DNA of 64,000 nucleotides from an uncultured Bacteroidota bacterium (GTDB lineage: Bacteria > Bacteroidota > Rhodothermia > Rhodothermales > DATKEJ01). The notes below the pieces were generated by a model, which was not told the DNA's origin, ran no database searches, and was given only the letters and a program-made list of their open reading frames with translations. The DNA lies in the NCBI GenBank assembly GCA_963768715.1, contig CAVYJC010000011.1, positions 4,050 to 68,049 on the forward strand, written 5' to 3'. Shown piece after piece: positions 19,293 through 27,545 of this stretch (position 1 is its first letter; each line of letters starts with the position of its first letter). The position numbers and the translations under genes were made by a program.

Positions 19293-19902
19293 TTGAATCT
19301 CGTCGTGACGTCTGCGCTGGGCGGCACCGGAATGCTCTGCTATGCGGTGACTCTCGCAGGTTCGACGGTTTGCCATGCGCAGGAGTCCGTGCGGTTATGC
19401 CCCGACACGACGATCTCCGACACCGTCAAGCAGGGAGAGCGATTCGAACAGTGTTTTCGGAGACAGCCTGAAATTCGTCCTGGATCCGTCGAAGAGCCCG
19501 CCCAATCCTGACGGCTGGACGATCCGCGTCGTCGGCCCCGATTCCACGCATGACTATCTCCTGGTCGCTACACCGCCGTATCGGTTCTCCAATCCGCGCT
19601 ACCTCGACACATCGTACGGTCACTCCGCTTCGGAAGCCGTTGACTGGACTCCCCGCACTTTCCGTTTCGTCGTCGACGAAGCATCGTTCCAGAAGATGAA
19701 CGAAGCCATCGGCGTCCTCCTCTGGCCGGCGGATAAGACTTCGGATGAGATCGATGAGGCGACCGCTACGCTGGGGAAGACGAATACTGCGCGTGGCGAA
19801 TTTCGGATTTTGTCGGCTGAAACATCGGATCCGACGAGCGACATGCCGATGGGAAGGATCGAGAAGCTTTCGTTCGAGGTGGAGCTGTGCCGTGGGGAGT
19901 GA
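19293..19902 (+). CDS. secreted hypothetical protein, with an apparent frameshift at the T4 run 19454-19457
   Basis: ORF 19293..19511 supplies the signal peptide (..MLCYAVTLAGSTVCHAQE). Removing one T gives EQCF-GDSLKFVLDP, which continues into ORF 19375..19902. Confidence 0.5.
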
Positions 19903-19904
19903 TG

Positions 19905-19932
19905 GACGTCCGACGTCCGACGTCCGACGTCG
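19905..19932. repeat. tandem heptamer array (GACGTCC)x3 plus GACGTCG
   Basis: Starts 3 nt after the stop codon at 19900-19902. Confidence 0.9.
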
Positions 19933-19991
19933 TCTCGAGAAGGTCTGGAGCGCTTGCTGAAGGCGTCGCCGCTGGGAATGCTCGGACCTTC

Positions 19992-20026
19992 TAATGACTA
20001 ATGACCAATGACCAATGACTAATCCC
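19992..20026. repeat. tandem heptamer array (YAATGAC)x4 plus a partial unit
   Basis: taatgac taatgac caatgac caatgac taatccc. Overlaps the stop codon (20019-20021) of the K+ channel gene. Confidence 0.9.
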
Positions 20027-21119
20027 CAGCCTTCCTGCTCAGCCTATCCACCTGCTCCACCTCCCCAATGACGACGAGCATCGCCCCTGTCTGGATGACG
20101 TGATCCCCTGAGGGATTGTAAATAAACTCGTTTTCCGGTTTTCCGGGCTCATGGATGGCGACGACCAGGAGACCGAAGTCCTCGTGGATGCGGCTGTTGC
20201 GCAACGTCTTGCCGACGAAGTCGGACATACCGGCAACCGGCACCTCCGAAACCCTGATCTGTCGCTTGGGATCACGCAGCATGCGATCCAGGAAGGAAAC
20301 CACCGTCGGGCGAATCATCTCCGATGCCATGCGCATGGCGCCGATCTGCCAGGGGTATACGACGGAATCCGCCCCAGCGCGAACCATTTTGTCGCGACTC
20401 TTCGGATCCGCCGCGCTGCTCACGATGCGAATCTTAGGATTGAGCGCGCGCGCCGTGATCGTAAGAAACAAGTTGTCGGGGTCCGAAGACAGATTGCAGA
20501 TGAGCCCGGATGCCCGCTGGAGTCCCGCCTGGGAGAGCACGGCTTCGTCCGTTGCGTCGCCGTGCAGCAGCACGACGTCGGACTCCGACTCCTGCTCAAC
20601 GAAGTTCAGGCGATCCCTGTTCACGTCGATCACGACGAGGGGTTTGCCGGTCTTGGCAAATTCGTCGATGATGGGGATGCCCGTCTGTCCGAGCCCGCAA
20701 AGGATAAAGTGATCTTCCATCTGGGTAGCACGACGTTGGTGTCGTCTCCGGAACAACGCATCGGAAAGCGTTCCTTCGACGAAATAGGCCACGACGGTCG
20801 ACGAAGTCCAGACGACGACCCCGTAGGCCACGAGAACATACACGATTGTGAATATCAGCGCGACGCTGCGCCCGGGCTCCGGCAGCAGGAGGAGCTCCAT
20901 ATTGTCGGCATACCCGACCGTGGCGAGCGTGATGACGGTCAGGTAGACCGCGTCGAGGAACGAGTGCGCCCCCGGATTCGGACTGAACAGCATCCAGATG
21001 GCGTAGAATCCGATCGCACCGGCCGCCATGACCGCGACCAGTGACTTCAGCGCCACAATGGTTCGTCCCACCCATTTCTCGTGTCTTGCCAGGGCGGGAT
21101 CTGCGATTGACCCCTTCAT
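20019..21119 (-). CDS. 2-TM K+ channel with cytoplasmic RCK (TrkA-N/TrkA-C) domains
   Basis: Pore 'YLTVITLATVGYADN'. Rossmann motif 'HFILCGLGQTGIPII'. Confidence 0.8.
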   Translation of the reverse strand: MKGSIADPALARHEKWVGRTIVALKSLVAVMAAGAIGFYAIWMLFSPNPGAHSFLDAVYLTVITLATVGYADNMELLLLPEPGRSVALIFTIVYVLVAYGVVVWTSSTVVAYFVEGTLSDALFRRRHQRRATQMEDHFILCGLGQTGIPIIDEFAKTGKPLVVIDVNRDRLNFVEQESESDVVLLHGDATDEAVLSQAGLQRASGLICNLSSDPDNLFLTITARALNPKIRIVSSAADPKSRDKMVRAGADSVVYPWQIGAMRMASEMIRPTVVSFLDRMLRDPKRQIRVSEVPVAGMSDFVGKTLRNSRIHEDFGLLVVAIHEPGKPENEFIYNPSGDHVIQTGAMLVVIGEVEQVDRLSRKAGD

Positions 21120-21198
21120 GCTGCCACGTTAAAGCTGACGCGTAATCCGCGCAATCGAGCAAATGTACGATTCCGTAGAGACGTGCACGCGATCGAGT

Positions 21199-22569
21199 TC
21201 AGATCGCCAGCTTGCGGAATACCCGCATCCGTACGCCAGGACGCGGCTCGAGCGTTGCCCCCATGTGCGGGCGGACGTCCCGGTCAATTAGCTCAAATTG
21301 AAACGAACTGAGAAGGTGGGCGAGCACGACCTTCGCTTCGATCTGGGCATATGCGGCGCCGATGCAGTTGCGCGGACCTCCCCCGAACGGGACGTAGGCG
21401 AGACTCGGCCTCCGATCCTTTCCGGGTTGGAATCGCTCCGGAATGAAGGCCTCGGGATCCTTCCAGATCTTGGGATCACGATGCGACAGATAGATGGAGT
21501 ACATCACGCGTCGCCCTTCCTCCAGCCGGTGTCCTCCGAACTCAATGTCCGTTCGGACGCGTCGATTGCCTACATGGATCGGCGGATACAGCCGGAGCGC
21601 CTCCTTGATTACCCAGTCGACATACTCCATATTCGCCAGGGACGAAGTGTCGATTCCATTCTCGCCTACCACGTGATCGACCTCGGCCGTCGCCCTTTGG
21701 AGTGCGGTTGGATTCGAGCCGAGAAGCCACAGAGCCCAGGCGAGCAGCGCGGTACTCGTATCGTGTCCGGCGATCAGCATCGTGAGCAATTGGTCACGGA
21801 TCAGATCGTCGCTCATGCCATCGGTCTGGATGAGCGTGCCCAGGAGATCCGACGTGTCCGCCCCGGCGTCGGACGCTCCAAGTTGCTGCCGGCGCTCGTC
21901 AATGATCGCGTAGAGGTAATCATCGAGCGTGCGTAGCGGAGCCATGAATCCAAAGCGCGGCATCTCGGGCCAGACAATCCAGGGACCGGGCGAGATGAAT
22001 GCAATCGAGCGCAAAATGGGATGCCAGAGGCGATCGAGATCCGGGCGGAAATCGATCTTGAAGAGCGTCCGCATCAGGATTACGAGCGCGATCTTCCGCA
22101 TCTCGACCAGCATGTCGACAGTCGCTCCATCCTTCCACTGGTCCGTTACGAAGCGCGTCTCTTCGAGCATCAGGGGGATCTGATCGACAGCCTCTCGTTT
22201 GTGAAGCGACGGGTTCATGCACTCCCTGAGCGCGGCGTGCCGCTCACCGTCTTCGACGAGCAGTCCGTGCCGGAGCAGTTTCGTGACCGCATCCGACTCC
22301 GTACGAAAACAGAACTGCTCACGGTCCGAAACGAGGAGGCGGCGGTTGAGCTCCGGGCCTACGACGACCACGGGATCGAATCCCGGGAGCGAGATCTCAA
22401 AGAAATCTCCGACCTGTTCGTGCATGACCGAAAGCGCGGCGAGAAACGATCGCTCTCTGGCCAGTGCTCGCAATACATCGAGCCCGGTCTTTCGATCGGC
22501 AACCGGGACGTGGGGTAGTCCTTCAAGCGTCGATGCGGGCACCTTCAGTTCGTCGACGAAGCCTCCCAA
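21199..22569 (-). CDS. cytochrome P450
   Basis: Heme loop 'FGGGPRNCIGAAYA', 'EALRLYPP', 'AGHDTS'. The start overlaps the upstream gene by 25 nt and may be slightly later. Confidence 0.85.
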   Translation of the reverse strand: MGGFVDELKVPASTLEGLPHVPVADRKTGLDVLRALARERSFLAALSVMHEQVGDFFEISLPGFDPVVVVGPELNRRLLVSDREQFCFRTESDAVTKLLRHGLLVEDGERHAALRECMNPSLHKREAVDQIPLMLEETRFVTDQWKDGATVDMLVEMRKIALVILMRTLFKIDFRPDLDRLWHPILRSIAFISPGPWIVWPEMPRFGFMAPLRTLDDYLYAIIDERRQQLGASDAGADTSDLLGTLIQTDGMSDDLIRDQLLTMLIAGHDTSTALLAWALWLLGSNPTALQRATAEVDHVVGENGIDTSSLANMEYVDWVIKEALRLYPPIHVGNRRVRTDIEFGGHRLEEGRRVMYSIYLSHRDPKIWKDPEAFIPERFQPGKDRRPSLAYVPFGGGPRNCIGAAYAQIEAKVVLAHLLSSFQFELIDRDVRPHMGATLEPRPGVRMRVFRKLAI

Positions 22570-24491
22570 ACGTTGTTCGATCGGTCGACGTCAGGCATGA
22601 ATTGGTCGGGATCGATCTCGACCTTGGTCACGCTTCCAGCGGGGAAGGTCAAGGTGGCCTCTCGATTTCCGGCGAGCCAGACCTTCACGTCGACGCGCTG
22701 GCTTTCCTTTTTGCCATCCGCATAGGTTACCGTGACAGGAGCGGGCATCGTCGAAAGGCCCAGGTCGCGGATCGTAACGTTGACGCCGTCATCGCTCGAA
22801 TCGACGGAGGCCACGGCCTGATCAAGCGTCCACGTTTCATAGAACGCGGATCGCCAGAACCAGTCCATGTCCTCTCCGGTCACGTCTTCGAACGTATTGA
22901 ACAGATCGTACGACGTCGGATGTTTGAAGGCCCAGCGGCGGGCGTATTCCTTGAACGCTTTGTAGAAGAGGTCTTCTCCGAGCAGGCCGTTCAACGCGTG
23001 CAGCATGACCGCCGGTTTGCTGTACGACGCGATGCTGTAGGCCTCGGTACCGAAGGGATACTCGTCTGAGTGGCGCATCGGGGCGACTTCGTAACCGCTG
23101 CCGGCTATCCGATAATAGGCTTGCCGTTCGGGGTCCCAGACGTTCGGATCGTGGTTGAAATCCACGTTTCCGTTGCTCTGATTGAAGGAGGTCAGGCCTT
23201 CATCCATCCAGGCATTTTCTTTTTCGTCCGACCCGACGATCATCGGAAACCACATGTGCCCGATCTCGTGGTAGGTGACGCTGAAGAGTCCGCTTTCAGA
23301 TCGGCCTCCTCCGATGAGCGTCATCATCGGATATTCCATCCCGCCCCGGATGATGCCTTCGACGGTGGTCATGTGCGGCCAGGGGTAGGGGATGACGTCC
23401 TTCGAGAGATTCTCGATGGAGAATTTTCCGAACTCCGCCGAACGATGCCAGGGTCTCGCCTGCGGACGGTAGAATGCATTGATTGCGACGTGGTCTGATT
23501 TCCCGTCGTTGTCGCGATCGGGAACTACGGCGTGAGTGGCGTCCCAGACGTAGGCGTCGGACAGACCGAATGCGAAGTCACGGACATTGCTCGCCGTGAA
23601 GTGCCAGGTTGCGTTACCGGTATTCGTCGGTACGAAGGCGGAGTCGCGATTATCGTCCGTCACGATATTCACGACATCCGAATCGGTCGCCGCTTGCGCG
23701 AGGCGCCCCAGCACTTCCGGAGTCAGGATCTCCTCCGCATTCTGGAGGACGCCGGTTGCCGGTACGAGGTAGCCCTCAGGCACCGTGACGCGGACATCAT
23801 AGTCGGCGTAATCCATGTAGAACTCACCGGTACCCATGTAGCGATCGAGGTCCCATCCGTCACCAAATCCTGGGCCACCCGTAACATCATCATATACAGC
23901 GACTTGAGGATACCAGTATCCAAGATAGAAGACCTGGCCGTCGGTGCCCATCCTCATATTGGAGGAGGATGCCGGGATGGGGAAGTCCCAGCAGAATCGC
24001 ATGTCGACCGATCCGCCGGGTTCAACGGGATCGACCAGATTGATGACCATTTTTGTCCCGCTGATCACGTAGCCGTCGAGCCGCGGGTCGCCCTGCTCGA
24101 TGATCGGCTTGTCGTTGACGGAGGCGCACGAGAGGTTGATGCCTCCTGTCGTGACGGTGTTCCGATCGCGGATCTCGCCTTCACGGTAGAGATTCTGGTA
24201 GAGGTTCAGCACGAGACGATGGAGGACGTCGGGGGAATTGTTGTGATACGTGACTGACTCGGTGCCGCCGAGCTCAAAGGAGGCCGGCGATACGGTCACG
24301 TCGATGTCGTAGGCCGCGGTGTTGGTCCAATAATGCGGACCGGGTTTCCCGTCGCGGCTGCGGGTGCCGTTCTCGACGGCGCGCTTGAACTGGGGTGTTT
24401 CGAAGACGGGATAGGGGAGCGGGCGGGTGCCCTGGCCGAAAGCGGTTCCAGCCGTAATCAGCAGAACGGCCGCGGAAAGAGAAAGTCGCAT
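22545..24491 (-). CDS. M1-family zinc metallopeptidase
   Basis: 'VTYHEIGHMWF...WMDEGLTSF' (HExxH + E). Signal peptide MRLSLSAAVLLITAGTAFG at 24491. The ORF extension to 24752 is a translation of repeat elements. Confidence 0.85.
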   Translation of the reverse strand: MRLSLSAAVLLITAGTAFGQGTRPLPYPVFETPQFKRAVENGTRSRDGKPGPHYWTNTAAYDIDVTVSPASFELGGTESVTYHNNSPDVLHRLVLNLYQNLYREGEIRDRNTVTTGGINLSCASVNDKPIIEQGDPRLDGYVISGTKMVINLVDPVEPGGSVDMRFCWDFPIPASSSNMRMGTDGQVFYLGYWYPQVAVYDDVTGGPGFGDGWDLDRYMGTGEFYMDYADYDVRVTVPEGYLVPATGVLQNAEEILTPEVLGRLAQAATDSDVVNIVTDDNRDSAFVPTNTGNATWHFTASNVRDFAFGLSDAYVWDATHAVVPDRDNDGKSDHVAINAFYRPQARPWHRSAEFGKFSIENLSKDVIPYPWPHMTTVEGIIRGGMEYPMMTLIGGGRSESGLFSVTYHEIGHMWFPMIVGSDEKENAWMDEGLTSFNQSNGNVDFNHDPNVWDPERQAYYRIAGSGYEVAPMRHSDEYPFGTEAYSIASYSKPAVMLHALNGLLGEDLFYKAFKEYARRWAFKHPTSYDLFNTFEDVTGEDMDWFWRSAFYETWTLDQAVASVDSSDDGVNVTIRDLGLSTMPAPVTVTYADGKKESQRVDVKVWLAGNREATLTFPAGSVTKVEIDPDQFMPDVDRSNNVWEASSTN

Positions 24492-24603
24492 GTGTCCAAT
24501 TCCTCCGGAATGCGTGCGCGAGGGGATAAATCCATTCTTACCAAATATCTGGGTAGGAGATACACACGCGGGGATAAGAAACTGTGAAAGAAGAACGTCC
24601 GGG

Positions 24604-24624
24604 GTCCGAAGTCCGAAGTCCGAG
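24604..24624. repeat. tandem heptamer array (GTCCGAR)x3
   Basis: gtccgaa gtccgaa gtccgag. Confidence 0.85.
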
Positions 24625-24638
24625 TGCGAGACTCCGCC

Positions 24639-24748
24639 CGTCATCCCCGCGGAGGCGGGGATCCAGGGAAGTGTAATGAGGAATGCGGAATGATGAACGC
24701 GGAATGGCTTCCGCCGGCTGAGCAAGTCGCTTCGCGTCGGGAATGACA
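24639..24748. repeat. 110-bp inverted-repeat element (CGTCATCCCC ... GGGAATGACA)
   Basis: Termini are reverse complements. Internal hairpin tccccgcggaggcgggga. A half-element follows at 24755-24790. Confidence 0.65.
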
Positions 24749-24844
24749 CCAACTGTCATCCTGAGCCCGACTTCAGTCGGGTGAAGGACCTAAGGGTGCA
24801 ACTCGAAGAAGTGTGTGCCGGGCGATGCAATGGCGCTAATGTTG

Positions 24845-24909
24845 CGTCATCCCCAAAGAGGTCCCTCCTTCCTCTCCCGACTACGTCGGGATCGGTCGTC
24901 GGGATGACA
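24845..24909. repeat. 65-bp inverted-repeat element (CGTCATCCCC ... GGGATGACA)
   Basis: Same termini and the shared 'tccctccttc' core as the element at 42161-42217. Internal hairpin cccgactacgtcggg. Confidence 0.7.
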
Positions 24910-25253
24910 AGCGCCGGCCCTAACAAACGCGCGGGCACGACGGTTCAGGCCGCGATCGTTGCCCGCGCGACAGCGCCACACGGTCCCCCTCCATGAGGGG
25001 GCGGCTAAGGCCGAATTTATTCGGGTGCAGCCGGGGGAGGTCGCGTCCGGATAAACCGCCACACGCAGCTGGGGGAGGTCGCCACCGCCACCAATCTCTG
25101 GGTCAGCGTCAGGCGAACGGCCATTTGATCCGGCTCCGCCCGTCGTCGTATCACCTATATTCGTTAAGGCGGCAATCGCAAGAGAACGAAGTCCGCCGCA
25201 TTGGAAGCAAGCCTATTGACATCGGCTATCGGATAACGCCACCAGCAATCACT

Positions 25254-26546
25254 ATGAACGTCGACGCCATATTGGAACAGGATATTTCCCGGCTTTCCCC
25301 TGTCTGGGGACGCATAACCGATCTCGTCGTGGAGCGAGGGGAGGGATGCTTCGTGTATACGGTCGACGGCGAGCGATACCTGGATTTCACGAGCGGCATA
25401 GGGGTCACCAATACAGGCCACTGCCACCCCAGGGTAGTTCGTGCGATTCAGGAACAGGCGGCACGAATCATACATGCCCAAGTCAACTGTTACTTCCACC
25501 CAGCGCTCATTCGACTGGCACAGGCGCTCGATAGCGTTACGCCGGCTCATCTGGACACTTTCTTCTTCTCCAACTCCGGCGCTGAAGCCGTGGAGGGTTC
25601 TGTAAAACTCGCGCGCCACGCCACCGGACGCACCAACATAATCGTCTTTCAGGGGAGTTTTCACGGCCGTACCAGTCAAACGATGGCAATGACGTCCTCG
25701 AAAACAATCTATCGCGTCGGCTATCAGCCACTGCCGGGGGGCGTCTTCGTGGCGCCTTTCCCCGACCCGTTCCGTCATCGTATGAGTGAGGAAGACGTCA
25801 GCGCATGGGCGCTGAAGGAGTTGGATCTTCTCCTGCATTCGCAAACGGCGCCGGGAGAAACGGCCGCGATAGTGATCGAGCCGGTCCTGGGCGAAGGAGG
25901 GTACATCCCTGCGCCGGTCCCGTTCCTCAAGGGACTGCGCCAGGTATGCGACGAGCACGGCATCCTCCTGGTCATGGACGAGGTCCAGAGCGGATTCGGG
26001 CGTACGGGATGGTTCTTTGCGCACGAATACGCAGATGTGAAGGCCGACGTGGTCGTCATGGCTAAGGGGATGGGGAGTGGGTTTCCGATCTCGGGGATCG
26101 CCTCTACCAAGGAAATCATGGGGAAGTGGCAGCGCGGCGCTCACGGTGGCACCTACGGAGGCAATCCAATCGGCTGTGCTGCAGCGGAAGCCACAATCGG
26201 CGTTCTCCTCGACGAAGGCCTTATTGACAATGCGGCTGCGCGTGGCCGCCAACTTATCGAGGGACTGCGCGAGATACAGGCACGTTTCCCGGCACTCGGC
26301 GACGTGCGCGGCCTCGGCCTGATGATCGGCTGTGAGTTTGTCAATCCTGACACAGGCGAACCTGATGGGCAACTCGTGAATACAATACTACGTCACGCTC
26401 GCGAAGAAGGCCGCCTGCTACTACTTCCATGTGGAACCTATGGCAACGTGGTCCGCTGGATTCCGCCGCTGGTGGTCACCGACCGTCAGATCGCCGAGGC
26501 ACTCGATACCTTTGAAGAGGCTATGAGCGCTTCCGTACGGCCGTGA
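25254..26546 (+). CDS. class-III PLP aminotransferase (GabT / diamine-omega-aminotransferase family)
   Basis: 'GIGVTNTGHCHPRVV', 'LVMDEVQSGFGRTG', 'VVMAKGMGSGFP'. ATG at 25254. The upstream ORF extension is Arg-rich and lies on repeats. Confidence 0.85.
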   Translation: MNVDAILEQDISRLSPVWGRITDLVVERGEGCFVYTVDGERYLDFTSGIGVTNTGHCHPRVVRAIQEQAARIIHAQVNCYFHPALIRLAQALDSVTPAHLDTFFFSNSGAEAVEGSVKLARHATGRTNIIVFQGSFHGRTSQTMAMTSSKTIYRVGYQPLPGGVFVAPFPDPFRHRMSEEDVSAWALKELDLLLHSQTAPGETAAIVIEPVLGEGGYIPAPVPFLKGLRQVCDEHGILLVMDEVQSGFGRTGWFFAHEYADVKADVVVMAKGMGSGFPISGIASTKEIMGKWQRGAHGGTYGGNPIGCAAAEATIGVLLDEGLIDNAAARGRQLIEGLREIQARFPALGDVRGLGLMIGCEFVNPDTGEPDGQLVNTILRHAREEGRLLLLPCGTYGNVVRWIPPLVVTDRQIAEALDTFEEAMSASVRP

Positions 26547-26586
26547 TCGCGATTAAAGTAAGTTCTGAACTCAACACGTATTTTGT

Positions 26587-27483
26587 ATGACACCTTTTGC
26601 GATTGCAGGCGTCCAGATGAGGGTTTCGGCGGCGGAGCACAATTTGCCGGCAATGATCAGGCGCCTGGACACGCTGATGGGGCTCTATCCGTGGGTTCAG
26701 ATGGTGGTCTTCAGTGAGCTGGCTATCTGGGGTCCGATTCGTGCGAAGGCGCAGCGCATTCCAGGTCCCGCGGAAGAGGCGTTTCGGAAGATGGCCGCCA
26801 AACATCGCATCTGGCTGATCCCGGGCTCCCTGTACGAATACGTCGGGAATCGTGTCTACAATACAAGCCTGGTCGTCAATCCGGACGGCGAAGTGGTCGG
26901 TCGATACCGAAAGATGTTCCCCTTTCGGCCCTACGAGGTCGGTATTACTCCGGGAGACCAGTTCCTGGTTTTCGACGTGCCCGACGTCGGCCGGTTCGGT
27001 TTGTCGATCTGTTACGACATGTGGTTTCCCGAGACCACCCGCACACTTGCTGTGATGGGCGCCGAGGTCATTCTGCACCCATCGTTGACAGGCACCGTCG
27101 ACCGTGATCTCGAGTTGACAATTGCGCGTGCGAGCGCCGCGACGAATCAGTGTTATATATTTGATATTAATGGACTTGGAGATGGTGGCATTGGACGTTC
27201 GATCGTTTGCGGTCCCGAAGGTGCCGTCGTCCACCAGGCGGGCGATAACGAGGAATTCATCCCAATCGAGATTGACCTGGACCGTGTGAGGCGCAGTCGC
27301 AGCCACGGCATCATGCGGCTTGGACAGGTGCTGAAGAGTTTTCGCGACCGGTCCGTCGAATTCTCAATCTATCAGCCAGGCGTCCGCCATCCGTTTCTCG
27401 ATGAGCTTGGACCGCTGGAGGTACCCAAGAGGAACGATCGCAAGGAGGTCCCCCAGGACCTGCTGAACGCCGACGGCCTGTAA
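26587..27483 (+). CDS. carbon-nitrogen hydrolase (nitrilase superfamily, amidase-like branch)
   Basis: Glu-Lys-Cys triad contexts 'VVFSELA', 'YRKMFPFRPYE', 'GLSICYDMWFPE'. Confidence 0.8.
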   Translation: MTPFAIAGVQMRVSAAEHNLPAMIRRLDTLMGLYPWVQMVVFSELAIWGPIRAKAQRIPGPAEEAFRKMAAKHRIWLIPGSLYEYVGNRVYNTSLVVNPDGEVVGRYRKMFPFRPYEVGITPGDQFLVFDVPDVGRFGLSICYDMWFPETTRTLAVMGAEVILHPSLTGTVDRDLELTIARASAATNQCYIFDINGLGDGGIGRSIVCGPEGAVVHQAGDNEEFIPIEIDLDRVRRSRSHGIMRLGQVLKSFRDRSVEFSIYQPGVRHPFLDELGPLEVPKRNDRKEVPQDLLNADGL

Positions 27484-27545
27484 AGTTGACGCCGCCACAC
27501 GCGGGCGCAAGACCGCTTCGAGAAGAACAAGGATAACGCTAAACC

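Noticed and set aside
24492-24752. The N-terminal 87-codon extension of the M1 peptidase ORF, and likewise the 24993..25253 extension of the aminotransferase ORF.
   Set aside because: The extensions translate the heptamer array and the GTCATCC elements ('IPASAGMTGG'). Clear signal-peptide or family-typical starts exist at 24491 and 25254.
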